A stretch of 64,000 bases of DNA from positions 58,652,001-58,716,000 of the forward strand of contig NW_027361728.1 of assembly GCF_039654945.1 (NCBI RefSeq), in the 5' to 3' direction. The position numbers and the translations under genes are program-made. Source of the DNA: Dendrobates tinctorius. Lineage: Eukaryota. The notes beneath the pieces were generated by a model. It did not search any database, was not told the origin of the DNA, and worked only from the letters and a program-made list of their open reading frames with translations. Shown here in pieces: positions 13,690-27,260 of the stretch; position 1 is the first letter of the stretch; each line of letters opens with the position of its first letter.

Positions 13690-14650
13690 ATAAGTCCAGT
13701 CTGTAATGACTGAAAAAAGTGGAAGGTGAAGACCAAGTTGCGGCCTTACATATGAGTTTGATGGGGACATCCGCTCTTTCAGCCCAGGATGATGCTATAG
13801 CTCAAGCGGAATGTGCTTTCACGCCTAGCGGCGGGTTCTCCCCTTTTGTTGAGTACGCCAGACCAATTGCGTCTCTAATCCACCGGGATAGCATACCTTT
13901 TGTGATTCCAGATCCCTTCTTGTAGCCCTAGGAGACAATAAGAGCCCTGCTCTGCCTCCAGGGACTAGTCCTATCTAAATATGTTAGAATAGAACTTTTC
14001 ACAGCCATTGTGTGAAATCTTTCTTCCTCCTGATTCGTGGGGTTATTATAAAAGGATGGAAGAAAAATCTCTTGAGATCTATGGAATCTAGTAGATACTT
14101 TAGGCATGTAAGAAGGGTCTGTTTTCAGAACTATTCTATCTTGAAATATTGATAGAAAGGGGGGATCTATTGACAAGGCCTGAATGTCGCTTACCCTTCT
14201 TGCCGACACTAGGGCCACTAATAAGGCCGTTTTAAAGGAAACATATTTTATCGGGGCTGAGTGTAGTGGTTCAAATGGGGCTCCTGTCAAAGCATCTAGT
14301 ACTAAGTTGAGATCCCAAGGCAGTATTTGAGGAATATGTACTGGGTCTGCCCTTTGACATGCTGAAACAAAGCGAGCTATCCATTTGTCCCCTGCAACAT
14401 TGTAATTATATAAGGCTCCTAGAGCCGATATTTGAACTTTCAAGGTGTTGACTGAAAGACCCTACTCACGCCCCTTCTGTAAGAACACTAAAATAGCAGG
14501 AATGGGCACTTCTTTGGAAGGGGCCGCTGAATGGAAACTAAGAAATTTTCTCCATATTCGTATGTAAATTTTGGTGGTGGCCTCTTTTCTACTTTGTAAG
14601 AGGGTATCGATTAGATTTTCCGCGAAACCTCTTAGTAATTGCCTCTCAAA
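13690..14650 (-). pseudogene. DIRS tyrosine recombinase (fragmented)
   Basis: PWDLNLVL, KTALLVALVSARRVSDIQAL, AHSA, AATWSSPSTFFSHYRLD motifs; internal stops. Confidence 0.9.
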
Positions 14651-16500
14651 TTCCAGGCTGTCAGCTGCAAGCCCTTCACGTGAGGGTGGTAGAAGGGCCC
14701 CTGAGACAGCAGGTTTTGATCCCAAGGGAGAATCCACGGGTCTGAGATTGACATGGCTCTGAGCCAAGAGAAACATGGTCTCTTGGGCCTAAACAGAGCT
14801 GTTAGAATTACGTTCGCCCTTTCCTCCCTTATCTTCCTGATGACTACATGCAAGATTATAATTGGAGGAAATGCATACGCCTGATGAAAGGTCGATGTGG
14901 ATTGAAGGGAGTCGAGAATGTCTGGGTTGTCCATCGTGTATAACGAAGCAAACCTTTCGACTTGTCTGTTGTTTCTTGACGCAAAAAGGTCTATCTCTGG
15001 TATGTCCCACATTTCTGTTATTCTTAAAATGCGATGATTGAGTACCCATTCTCCTTGGTGCGGGGTATGGCGGCTAAGGAAATCCGCTCTGGAATTGTCT
15101 ACTCCCCTGACGTGCAGAGCCGACAAGGACAAGAGATGTTTTTCGGCCATTGTTAGGGTTCTGTCCGCAATAGACATGAGATCTCCTGATCTTGTTCCTT
15201 CTTGATGATTTATATATGCCACTGATGTCATGTTGTCTGATAGCACCCTTGTACAGGTCCCTCGCAACTGTGGAAGAAATTTACATATCGGATGATAAAT
15301 GGCTTTTAACTCCCTTACATTTGATGATTCGCTGATAGACCACTGCCCCTGAACTACCTCTTCTCCCAGGTGCGCTCCCCAACCCATAGGACTGGCATCT
15401 GTAAAAATGATTTTTGAGGGTTTTATTACCCATGGAACCACCCCTGAAAGATGGTCTGGTTCTAGTCACTAAGTCAGAGATTCAATTACTTCTTCTGATA
15501 GGGACATTAAATCTTCTAAACGACCCTGTAACCTTCCTTCTTCCTGCTGTCTAGTATGGAACTGAGCCCATGGGACTGGCAGGATACATAATGTTAGAGA
15601 GCCCAGAAAAGACATACCCTGTCTAAGGGATATTGTGGGGTTGTTGACCGCTGACCATACTTTATTAATTATTGTTAATTTTTTTGCTTCTGGGAGAAGG
15701 CACCTCTGACTTACGGTGTCCAGAAGAAGGCCCAGGAATGTTTGGCAGGTTATCGGGCACAGCCTGGATTTTTCCCAATTGATTAGCCATCCCAAATCCT
15801 GTAAATATGAGATTACATCAACTAGACGTTGTTGGCACTGTAAAGCAGAATTCCCTACCACCAGTAGGTCATCTAGGTATGGGATTATAAGAGTGTCTTT
15901 TAATCTCAAATACGACATCACCTCTGACATTAATTTGGTGAAGACTCGGGGAGCCACGGACAGCCCGAAAGGCATTGCAGCGCACTGGAGATGACAGACT
16001 TGACCTTCCAACATGACCGCCACCCGGAGGTGTTGTTGATGTCCAAGATATATTGGTAGATGGTAGCTGGTAATACGCATCTTTGAGATCCAGGACCGAC
16101 ATAAAGCACCTGGGAAATAAAAGTTTCATGGTTGATCGGATGGACTCCATCTTGAAGGTTTGGTTTTCTTAAAAGGTATTTAGTTTTCTTAGATTTATTA
16201 TGGTCCTATAAGAACCATCTGGCTTAGGCACAAGAAATAGAGAGGAGTAGAAACCCTTCCCTCTTTGGTCTGCCGTAACTTTTACTAGGACCCATTTGGA
16301 TAACAGACTTCTTATTTCCGACTCCAAAGCCCCTTGTTGAGATTGGGAATCTAGAGAAGTCAATAGGAAGGTGTCCGGAGGGAGCTGGGCAAATCTTAAC
16401 TTTAGGCCTGATGTCACCAGGCTAATGGCCCATGAGTTGGACGTTATCCCCTTCCATTGTTGGCAGAAAAAAGGTAGTCTGCCACCCACCGGCAGGTCAG
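14632..16500 (-). pseudogene. DIRS RT / RNase H / adenine-methyltransferase-like ORF (fragmented)
   Basis: LPVGGRL, GFYSSLFLVPKPDGS, DLKDAY, MPFGLSVAPRVF, PYLDDLL, FTDAS..GWG, DLFAS...AYAFPP; frameshifts. Confidence 0.92.
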
Positions 16501-17611
16501 AATTAACATGGCTTATCTTCAGTTCTGAAGGGACGCCATCTGAACAGGGTACCTCTCTGTTTGATTTCTTTGTGATGCCAGTGGTCCTGGTTTCTATAGT
16601 CCTTCCTCCTGCCGAATGAAGGTTTTCGAAAGGCTTTCCTATAGGATGGAATATAAGTATTAGGGAACCCCTTCTTCCTATCACCCGCTTTGGTGAGAAT
16701 CTCATCAAATTTTGTGTCAAACAGCTACTCACCCTGGCATGGTAGGCCGCAGAGTTTAGATATTGTCTGCGCATCACCTTTCCATCCTTTTAATTATAGG
16801 GCCCGACAAGCTGCATTGGTTAACCCCGCTGACTTGGCCGCTAGGCGTATAGAATCGGCTGAGGCGTCTGCCAAGAAGGCTGCCGTGCCTCTGATCAGAG
16901 GGATGGAAGATATTAACTTATCCATGGATAGGCCGCCTTGTATGCTGCCTTCCAGATCATTTAACCACACTAACATGGACCTCGCCGTACATGTGGCCGA
17001 TATGGCTGGTTTAAGTGCTCCTGTACATGATTCCCAAGATCTTTTTAGAAGTGAATCTGCTTTGCGGTCTAGGGGGTCCTGTAGGGTCCCTAAATCCTTT
17101 ACTGGTAACAAGGACCGTCTTGAGGTGGAGGCCACGGCTGCATCCACTTTAGGCGCTTTTATCCACGTGGACAGATCTTCGACATCAAAGGGATAACGTC
17201 TTTTAGATGTTGAGGACAGGCCTTTTTGCCCTTGCCTCTCTCATTCCTTTTTTTTTTTTTAATTCGTTTATTGAATCTCAGGGCACAAAGAATGTACAAC
17301 ATACATATTGGCATATGATAGCAAGCATTATACATAACACACATGTTTCCGTCCATTGTAAAATACAATGCAAAGAGATTGCACACTGTTATAGACAAAC
17401 AAGACCATATGTACATATCCTTCCAAACATACATAAAGGACAAATGGCTATACATTTTCCAGCATGTATATCAATCCAATTTCACAAGCCTTGTCGTATC
17501 ATTCAGAAATAAAATCTAACTAAAATTCCTAAACTACAACTACTACATCAACTAGTATCTACTATTTCCGCTGCCTGGTCTCCTATATCGTATTATGTTG
17601 CATGTGATGTC

Positions 17612-20600
17612 TCAGCCTTGCAAAGTAAGATGAGAAGAATTCCACCTCTCCCAAATCTTTTCAAATTTACCCGGGCATCCCCTATTTTGGTATAACGTGC
17701 GCTCATATGGAACAATCGAATTTACCAACTCGATCCAAAATCTAAGGGAAGGACATGAACCCCCCATCCACCGTAATGCCAGCACCTTCCGTGCCATATA
17801 CAGCGTCTCGCGCAGTAAGACCCCAGTATATGTGATTGAAGAGCCGATCTCAGCTGCAGGTAATGAAAAAATTGAGATCTCGGAATATCATGTGTGACCT
17901 GTAATTGTTCAAAAGACTTTAAGATCCCTTGGTCATACAAGTCTCCCAATGAAGAGACGCCACACTGAATCCAAAAAATGGTGGATGGGTGATCCAACAA
18001 CCCCGGAAAATAGTTATTATTCCACAGGGGCATTTCAGCTATAAAATCTTTAAACCCAATTACGTTCTTGATTTGTCTCCATATTAATCTTGCCAACCGG
18101 AGCAGGGGTAGCAGACGTGGGACATTAGTTTTCTCCAACTCAAGGAACCCTAATGGGCAATCCGCTTGTGCAGCATGAAGCAAGTGACTTTCAGAATTGG
18201 GAAGGCAATTACCCGGCATCCATTTACTTAAGGCTTTAGCCTGCCCGACCAAGTAATATAGGAAAAAATCTGTCAACGCCGCCCCACCTCCCTTTGGTCT
18301 TTGTAAAGTGGACAATTTAAGTTTGGGCCTAGTTTTCCCCCCATATAAAGGACGTGACCAGGGAATTGAGATTTACAAAAAAGGACCTGGGCACCGCTAC
18401 CGCACTGTGCTGAAGGGAGTAGCTAAATTTAGGGAGCAGTATCATTTTAATCAGGTTAATGCGTCCAGCCACAGATAATGGGAGACTCCAGGATGCAAAT
18501 TTAACTTTAACTAGTTCCAGCAATGGGTGGACATTAAGTTGTAGATCAAGTGTACTATTGTGAGATATGTGAATGCTTAAATATTTAAAACTACATACAG
18601 TAGACAGTGAGGAGAGAGCCTCCAGCTGGCGCATCGGGGCATGGGAAAGGGGTAACAGGGCAGACTTCTCCTAATTTATATGTAAATCTGAATATTTACT
18701 AAATCTATCTACAAGGGATATCACCTGTGGCAAAGTTTCTTCCACATCCTTCAAGAATATCACCATGTCATTGGCATATAGGCCTATAGTATCCACCCGA
18801 CCTGCTTTATCTATACCTTGGATGTTAGGGGAGGACCTTATACGTATTGCTAGTGCCTCACTCGCAAGGGCGAAGAGGGCCGGGGAAAGAGGGCAACCCT
18901 GATGGGTTCCTCTATGTAATGAGAGAGACTCAGATATAGAGTTATTTTCTATAATACGGGCCTTATGTTTCATATATAATATTTTGATCCATATTATAAA
19001 TTTATTGCCAAAGCCATACCTTTGCAAACATGCAGAGAGGAAAGGCCATTCAAGAAAGTCAAAAGCCTTGGCAGCATCTAACGATGCCAGTGCCCATTTG
19101 TTGTCTGGCATTAGGGAGCTATATTGGACTATTGACTGGACTCTTCTGATGTTAATGGAAGTACTTTTACCAGGCATAAAGCCCGTTTGATCAGGATGTA
19201 TAAGGTTCAGTATTATTGAATTCAGTCTGGTAGCTAGGATCTTGGTGAAAATTTTATAGTCCACATTTACTAACGAAATGGGGCGATAGGATCCACATTC
19301 CAAAGGGTCCTTCCCCCCCCTTCCGAAGCACTATGATGTTAGCCTCAGAAAAGGACTCAGGCATAGAATTCCCCTCCCAAATTCCCCGAAATACCTTCAC
19401 CAAAAGTGGCGTCAATATATCCCGGTACTTCCTATATAATTCAATAGGAAACCCATCAGGTCCAGGGGCCTTCCCAGAAGCCATGTCTGTCATAGCATTT
19501 TCTATCTCCTCTGCGGGGAACACAGCGTCCATAAGGGCTCGCTGCTCAGGATCTAATGTGGGGAATGATACATCTGACAAATAGTCTAAACACCCCAAAG
19601 TGTCAAAGTCACTTTTAGATTCATATAGTGACCAGTAGTAATCCTGAAAACAGCCAATATTGTGTTGGAGGTGTTATGTTGGCGCACCAGATAGGCCAAA
19701 AATGTGCCCGTCTGGTTCCCCAATTTGAAATAGGATTGATGGGTACAGAATAGTTTACGCTTAGATTTAGTGTCCACATGCTGAGTATATAACCTCTGGG
19801 CAGCCAACCACTCAATCCTGTTCCCACTGGTTTGGTTGGATATATATGTAGCCTCTGAATCTTTCAGTCGTTGCTCCACCTCATCATCCTTTCCTGAGGT
19901 TACCCACTTAATATAAGAGATCGTGGAGGACAAACAGCCCCTCAGGTATGCCTTAAGGGCATCCCAAAATAAATTAACATCCTGAGGTTCCGAGTGGGAC
20001 GCAATGAAGCAATGCAACTGATCAATCTTTCTGTCAGGAGGTCCCATCAATTTTAACCAGAAAGGATTCAACTTCCAAGCTATCCCATTGTTTACTTGCC
20101 CATATTTGAGTTTAAGGATGACCGGACCATGGTCTTAAATCCCCCTACTTCCATGCTCTATATCAGTCACCCACATTGCTAGATCGCTAGAACCAAATAT
20201 GTAGTCTATGCGTGATAGAGAGCATTCAGTGGACGAGTCGCAGGTATATTCCCTTAACTCATGATGACGCACCCTCCACAAATCCAACCACCCGCCACCC
20301 CCCATAAATAATGACAACGGCGTTGTAGTCGGTGGAGAGGACCCCCCAGTCACTCCATCATCCAACCTCAATTTATCAAGGCAGTTGTTCATGATCATGT
20401 TAAAGTCTCCCATACAAATAACATCAGCGTCTGGGTAATTAAGGGCAAATCCCATTGCCTTCTGCAGAATGGATATACGAGCCGGGGGGGATTATAAATA
20501 CATAAGACCACATATTTCCTGGTGTTTATCAATGCATGGACAAAAATAAAACGACCCTCAGGGTCCCTCCGAGTCTCCCTAGCTTCCCATCTGACATCTT

Positions 20601-20829
20601 TATGTACCAACAGTGAGACCCCTCTCGAGTAGCTAGTGTGGAATGTATGGACAGACCATTGTACCCAAGGCTTCTGTACGCACCGCGCTGTATCCCTAGT
20701 CAGGTGCGTCTCCACCAAGGCCACAATGTGAGGGCGATAATGTCTGACCTGTGAGAAAACCTTGATCTTTTTTCGAGGAGATTTTATACCCCTCACATTC
20801 CATGTCATGCATATCAACTCAGACTCCAT
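17612..20829 (-). pseudogene. L1 ORF2 (APE endonuclease + RT), fragmented
   Basis: TWNVRG, LVETH, GDFN, SRIDY, KAPGPDG, YRPISL, DAAKAFD, QGCPLSP, YANDM; many frameshifts. Confidence 0.92.
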
Positions 20830-21129
20830 GTTTTACTCCGCTGAATATGGTGCGTAATATTCCCAGGCAAAATTTAGAGACATCACCTAGAGACTGAAGC
20901 TGTTGTCGGCTGCGGTTACTTCCTAAAAAATACAAAAAACCACTACGGAAAAAAAAAGTAAATAAACAACAAACAACGCGGGAGCAGAGTCCTGTACTCC
21001 CATCACGAAGCAAACAAGGGGATACCATCACTGAGCCCAGTGTCCGGTATTGTTGGTAACTTGGACGCTTTCGATTCAGCCGATTAATAAAAAAAAAATA
21101 CCAACTAGCCATAGATATGTTAGGATTCC

Positions 21130-22014
21130 TTTGCAGCAGACCCTTTGTGAGACCGTAGCCACTCCACCGCTTCCGCTGGATCTGTAAAAAATAAAGTAGA
21201 ACCCACGTGGACCACCCAGAGCCGGGTAAATCATCGAGTACATAACATTCCTTTCCCGTAGATGTCTTTTGACCTCCGTAAACTGCGCCCGTTGTTTCTG
21301 GAGTTCCATACAGAAGTCTGGGAAAATCGAGATCGTGGCATTGTTGAATTTGATAGGACTCTTTTGCCGCGCCAGACGCAAAGCCACGTCTCTATCCCTG
21401 CAGTTGAGGAGACGCACCAGAAAAGGTCTAGGTGGGGCTACAGGAGGAAGAGGCCTAGTGGGACCCTGTGAGCCCTTTCCACCGCAAAGATTGGGGAGAA
21501 TTCATCTCCCAAAGTGGTTTTAAGCCAATGTTCTATGAATTGCTCCGGGTGTTGTCCTTCCGAGCGCTCCGGTAGACCAATAATTCGCATATTATTCCGA
21601 CGCATTCTATTCTCCAGGTCATCTGCTTTTTGTGTTCATAGAGCTGGCCACTTTCGTTTGTTTGGCTTCCTTGGGTGTGATGGTGTCTTCCACCTGGGAT
21701 ACCCGTGTCTCCACCTCCGTAATGCAGCCCTTCATGGCTTGCATGTCTTGTCGGAGGCGTCCCACCTCAGTGTGCACGTCCTCTAACTTCCCAGACAGAG
21801 ACGTCCTGGTTAAGGAGATAGCCTGCATAAGTTGTTCAGACGCCTGCTTAAGGGTTAATTCCTCTTGCTCACTGTCCTCCCCACCCTCAGAGGGGCGGTT
21901 CTTACACTGAGCCTGTGAGGAATTATTTTTAAGAGATCTTGAGCCTTCAGCATGGTCTATTCTGGCATATTCCTTCAGCTTTTCAGCCGCCCCAGACCCC
22001 TTGGAACGACTCAT
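21130..22014 (-). pseudogene. L1 ORF1, frameshifted
   Basis: MSRSKG start, coiled coil, LENRMRRNNMRIIGLPE, ISIFPDF, YSMIYPA motifs. Confidence 0.85.
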
Positions 22015-23610
22015 TTTAATACCAATAGGGCACAACTGGATATCAGAGACAATGCACCCCGGGGTCCCCCGAATCAAGGTTATAGACGGAGCAAAATTAT
22101 CAGATGGTGGCTGCAGGGTCCCAGGAGCAGCACAGACCCGCAGAGTCACACAGGGAGGTAATGTCCAGCTCCGAGCAGCGCGTTGAAGCGCTCCAGCAGC
22201 GCGAAACGGCCGTTGTCATCCTTTCTTGCACTCCTTATGTCACTCCCCCGACTTGACATGTTCATGATATGTCAATAAATCAGTGAAACTTCCATCTCGA
22301 TGAGTGAGACCTCTTCTCTTTGCATGGATTCCCAGGATTGACTGTTTCCAGGTCTGGCACCCGAGATTCCCAGCTGCTGGGCTTCTGTATGCCGCACATC
22401 ACTTGAAGTCACACGGTAACAGCGGTGCCGTCCGCTTTTTATCTTGAGTTTTGTGATTTACTATCGGTTGGAAAGCATGTATACTGCTCCCCTTCTGAAG
22501 AAAGGGATTCTCGGGAGGTATATGATTCCCTTTCGCCGATATCTGAGGAAGGTTCCGATCCCGGGGAGTCAAATTCCTTATTTGGTCTTAGTTCTCTAAT
22601 ACTACTCGAACTTCCTAGGGCATGCAACTCTTCTCTGATCATTAGCCTAATATCCTCTGCTCTTGCTGAGGACTCTTCCTGAAGGGTATGTCCGATGCAT
22701 AACCGGTAGGGGTTGGGAACACTGGGCGCATTCTTTATGTTTGGATTTTTCGGTTCTTTTTGCCTATGGGTATACAGAAAGAAGGAGGGCTATCAGCGTA
22801 ATAGGTGTGATAAGTAACACTCACCCAGTGAAGCCTTTGTCGATATGGTACCGGTTGCGGAGGTGTAGGCACGGGCTTAGATGTGGAGTGACCAGATTTT
22901 CTGTCTTTCCCACTTTTGATCGTGGAGCCGCTCTGTTTAGAGCGTCCACTGCCGCTCCTGTGGCTGCTGTGTGCAGATACTGCTTTCTCCTCCAGAGAGC
23001 GTAATGGTATCTCTAGGCGATGCCATTGTTGCACACCAGTAGGGCTCTGGCTGGCGTTTTTATGCCCCTCCTAAACTCTGGAACTCTAGCCACCATTTTT
23101 TTTTCTTTCTTCACCCGGAAGTGTTTCACCACTTCCGGGTCCGGCCGCACTGTGTGTGCCTACGCGGCCCTGCCGCTCGGTACAGGCGCAGCCTCTCCTC
23201 CTTGGTACCCCAGAAGCTAAACTGAGGACTTCCGGTTGAGAGTGCTTCTGGGGACCGTGCACACACGCGCGCGTGCCGGCAGTATCGCTTTGGCACTGCA
23301 TTTTTTTCCTCCTTACCTTCGTGTGCAGCCCCGGACAAGTGCCGACCCATCCTGCCATGCCACTCTCCCCATGAGCCAGGGCGGCCACCCTGGATCCTGG
23401 CCTCACGGTGTCCTGTCAGCTAAGGGGGAGCTGGACACAGGAATCCCCTGACGCTGCTTCTGGTGCTGGAGCCCCTGCCGTTCTCTCATCAACCGCACTG
23501 GCGGCATCACAGCTCAGGTATCCTCTTGCAAGTTTCTCTCCACAGGTTTCCCTTAGGAACAGGAAACCAACTGCGGGAGCGAGGGGGACCACCCCTTTTA
23601 TCCCTCGGTA

Positions 23611-23905
23611 CAGGCCCGGACTGGCCCATAGGGTAATAGGGGTATCCCCCGGTGGGCCCCAGTGCAGATCTGGGACCCTAACTCATAGAATCAGTAGTAC
23701 TTGGCATAATTCACTTGATTCATTCTGTAAAAAAAAAAAGCAGCATCATATCATTCATTAGCCAAACTATCATGTTTATTATTATATAGAGATATACTGT
23801 AGGTAAATTTGTGAACAAGGGTTGTGTAATAATTGCATGCAGATGAAAAGTACCCCCCCAAAGTCAATGTTACAGGTGGGCCCTTGGCAACCCAGTCCAA
23901 TACTG
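23611..23905. mobile_element. hAT MITE inserted in the DIRS 5' ITR
   Basis: CAG...CTG termini with GACTGG/CCAGTC inverted core; 8-bp TSD CCTCGGTA / CCTCCGTA. Confidence 0.8.
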
Positions 23906-24114
23906 CCTCCGTAGGTTTCCTGTTCCTAGGGGCGGATCCCCTCTCTCAGTGGGTGATGCCGTCGCGAAGAGAAAAACAAGCTGTCACAAAATTATGTGTG
24001 AAAAAAGAAGGTATCCAGCTCCAGAGATAAAATCCAAAATCTTTATTGAAACAAATTAAAAGGTAATAAGCTGCTTAATAACCAGTATATACTGGAGGAA
24101 GGAATGTCCTAGAT

Positions 24115-24159
24115 AACTGGACGCGTTTCGAACACGTGTAGTGCTCTTAGTCCTCAGTT
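24115..24159 (-). ncRNA. Hammerhead-ribozyme-like motif in the PLE pseudo-LTR (possibly degenerate)
   Basis: Minus strand CTGAGGA-ctaa-GAGCAC tacac GTGTTC-GAAAC GCGTC: core motifs, stem II and the short palindromic stem III typical of PLE hammerheads; stem I not evident. Confidence 0.5.
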
Positions 24160-24339
24160 TCACAATGAGCAGTCTTGCAAAAATTAAAATACTCCCCAAA
24201 CAGGTGGTAAACAAATGAAAATAATTGCTCCACTAAGAAAAGGTTAACACCCAGATAACATGGCAGAGAAGAAAAAAAAACACATTTAAATTACAACGGT
24301 ACATGTCATATATAGATGGTACAGAACATAGTCAATAGT

Positions 24340-27260
24340 GCAACATAAATTCCTTCTTTAAGTTCAAGCCCAAAGGTACTCGGGTGTTTAATAAATAAAT
24401 CCAAAATGCTTCCCTATCCCGCATTTTTTTTACCCTATCTCCACCACGTATATTACCATGCACCTGTTCTATTGCATAAACACTAAATTGTGCAACTTAT
24501 CTATTGTGCAGGTTTACAAAATGGTTGGATGCGTTAGATATATGACGGGTTGTGGGCTGAATGATATCATAAAAATGCTCTCTAAAGCCCCCGTTACACA
24601 CTGCGATATCGCTAGCAATATCGCTGTAAAGTCACCGATTTTGTGACGTAGCAGCGATATTGCTAGCGATATAGCTGCATGTGATACTTACCTCCGACCG
24701 GCTCCCCCGCTGGTTATTGCTGATCGCGCGAGAAGCTCCTGGACCATTTCTCGTCGTCAGCTTCCTGCTGGGTTTCCTGTGGCGCCGACGAGCGACGCGT
24801 GGAGCCGGGCGGGAGGACGTCAGGATCGCCTCGTCTGACAGGTAAGTAGCGATCCCCGTCCCCAGCGATGTCGCTGGTGAGATCTGCCTGTGTGGCAGCT
24901 CACTAGCGACCACCTAGCGATGCACCAGCGATCCTGACCGCGTCATATCGCTGGTCGGGATCGCTGGTGCATCGCTAGGTGTAACTGTACCCTAATCCTG
25001 TCTTTTAATCTTCTGATCGTGGAGCCCACACATAGCAATCTGCATGCTGAACACTCTATTATGTATACAACATAATCTGAGTTGCAATTTAGAAAACTCT
25101 TAATTTTGAACTTCTTTATATTTTTTGAGCAAGAAAAAACAGACGTTTTTTTAGAACGTAGGCATGTTTTACAAGGAGATTGCCCACATCTAAAAAACCC
25201 TGTGGTGGACAACCAAGTGGAAACATTTTTTGTCTGAACAGCACCATAAAAGCTGGGGGATAAAGAATTAGCTAAAGTCGGGGCACGTCTGGAAACAATT
25301 CTAATACCATCCTTCAATATAGTATCCATAATATCGTCATCTCTCAGAATATTTAGATTTCGATGCACTATGTCAGAAATTGACTTAAAATGAGTACTAT
25401 ATGTAAGAACCAGGACCGGCTGTTCTGAACAAAAATTAGTATTATTACTTTTAGATTCAATCTGACATTTGGAATTTGGTTCAACATTCGGTGAAATGAG
25501 TTCCGCTCTGGATTTTTTATCTACTATACTGAAAGCACGATTTACAGTCCAATCAGGATATTTTCTATTTTTGAGACGTTTTTCAATGTTCCTTTTTTCA
25601 CTATCAAAAATTGTGTTGTCACTGCAATTTCTTTTTGCTCTGATAACCTCACCCACTGGAATTGATTGAATCGTATGTGGTGGGTGGAAACTGCATGCGT
25701 GAAGTATGGTGTTGCCTGCGTTTTTTTTGCGATACGTACAACTGCTGATAGTGTTAAAAGGGATACCAGTCAAACACAAATCCAAAAAATTAATACTTTT
25801 TTTAATCAAATGTATGGGTAAATTTGAGATTGAAATGATTATTATTGATGTAAAATTGGAATAACTCTAAAGAAACTGAATCACCTTGCCACACTAGTAT
25901 CAGGTCATCAATGTACCTAGAATACCATTTGATGTTAATAAAAAATGGATTATCTGTGCAAAAGATGTACTGTTCTTCCCACCACGCCATAACTAGATTC
26001 GCTACTGACGGGGAGAATTTAGCTCCCATTGAAACTCCACTTTTCTGGAGAAAATTTTTTTTGTCAAACAAGAAAAAATTGTGAGATAAAAGAAAAGCAA
26101 GCACTGAGATGATATACACCTGCAACTCATCATTGTATGAACTATATTTATACAAATGAAACTGAACGGCGTGCAAAGCAATTCTATGGGGAATGGACGT
26201 ATATAGGGCAACCACATCACAAGTTAACCATGACCATTCAGGGTCCCAACGTTACCCCATTGAACATACTTAATACATCCTTGGAATCCTTCAGGTAACC
26301 AGGAGTTCTCTGAACTAGTGGCTGCAAAATTGTGTCAAGCCATTCTCCTAAATGTTCACTGAAGGATCCTATTCCCGATACAATGGGACGCATGGGGGGT
26401 GGAAAAATATTTTTGTGCGTTTTTGGTAATGCATGCAAGATCGGAATGACTGGATTTAATACATGCAAATACTCTACTTGTTTTTTAGTGAAAAAACCCT
26501 GACTGAATCCCTCATCAATCACACATTTACACATTTTTGAAAATTCTGCTGAGGGGTCTGATTCAAGAAAATAATAAATACCATTATCTAGTAACATGTT
26601 ATAGATAGCATTTGCATAATCAGATTTGTTGAGAACCACTACAGATCCGCCCTTATCCGACATCTTAATAATGATATTGGTATTTGTTTTCAATTTGATT
26701 AAAGCATTTCGTTCATCTTTTGATAAATTATGTTTATAAGAACGAGAAGGAATCTCTGTTGCGAGATTACGCAAATCCCGTACAATATTGTCCTGGAAAC
26801 GATCCATAGAATCAGTTCTGGTGTGTACCGGATAAAAGAAAAGATTTCTTGTCTTAAACATGGAAATCACATTGTCATTTTTAGCAGTCATGTCGGTAGT
26901 ATCCATATCCATAAGGGTTAACAATCCATTTTGTTCCAGAAAACGTTTTCCAGCAAACTCATTAGTGACACTAATCGGAGTTGGGACCTGTGTTTTCTCT
27001 TCTGTGAAAAAATGTTTTTTCACCGTCAGGTCCCTGACAAATTTATTAATGTCTTTTAAAATAGAAAAAATATTTAAATCTGTGTTTGTTGGAGCAAAAT
27101 TCAACCCCAAAGATAACACTCTGGTTTCAGTTTCAGGTAGAACATCAGATGATAAATTAATTACGTCTAACGAGATGTCTTGGACTGACTTCTCAGTCCG
27201 TTCTTGAATATAGATGGGATGTTTGCTGTGTTTCCTACCGCCTCTCCTGGTGCGTTTTTT
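24340..27260 (-). pseudogene. PLE RT + GIY-YIG endonuclease ORF, disrupted
   Basis: NLS..VLSLGLNFAPT, SDKGG, LPKTHK, RPIVSG, LYTSIPH, GVSMG, RYIDD, FLDL, VVYIIEC...VGST; two frameshifts and a MITE insertion. Confidence 0.9.
24586..24992. mobile_element. Harbinger-type MITE (GCGAT/ATCGC-rich) inserted in the PLE endonuclease
   Basis: TIRs AGCCCCCGTTACAC / GTGTAACTGTACCC, TAA TSD; same family as 59046-59451 in the opposite orientation. Confidence 0.88.

Larger units (their letters stand above)
17248..22215 (-). mobile_element. L1 (LINE-1 clade) retrotransposon, near full length, decayed; nested in DIRS gag
   Basis: Poly(A) at 17248-17260 preceded by AATAAA; ORF1 and ORF2 remnants; 5' boundary uncertain (22215 to ~22460). 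Confidence 0.92.
16500..23034 (-). pseudogene. DIRS gag-like ORF1, split by the L1
   Basis: 3' part ...KRRYPFD...PKVDAAVA...LQDPLDRKADSLLK (16794-17245); 5' Ser-rich part 22460-23034. Confidence 0.75.
13248..23975 (-). mobile_element. DIRS1-type tyrosine-recombinase retrotransposon, full-length but degenerate
   Basis: Inverted terminal repeats (~13285-13375 and ~23565-23960); internal complementary region 13531-13615 is complementary to both termini; gag, RT/RH/MT and YR remnants present; A/T-run target, no TSD. Confidence 0.93.

Noticed and set aside
17241-22225. L1 TSD TCATTCCTTT / TCATCCTTTC
   Set aside because: Imperfect and low complexity, and the flanking sequence does not clearly restore DIRS gag.
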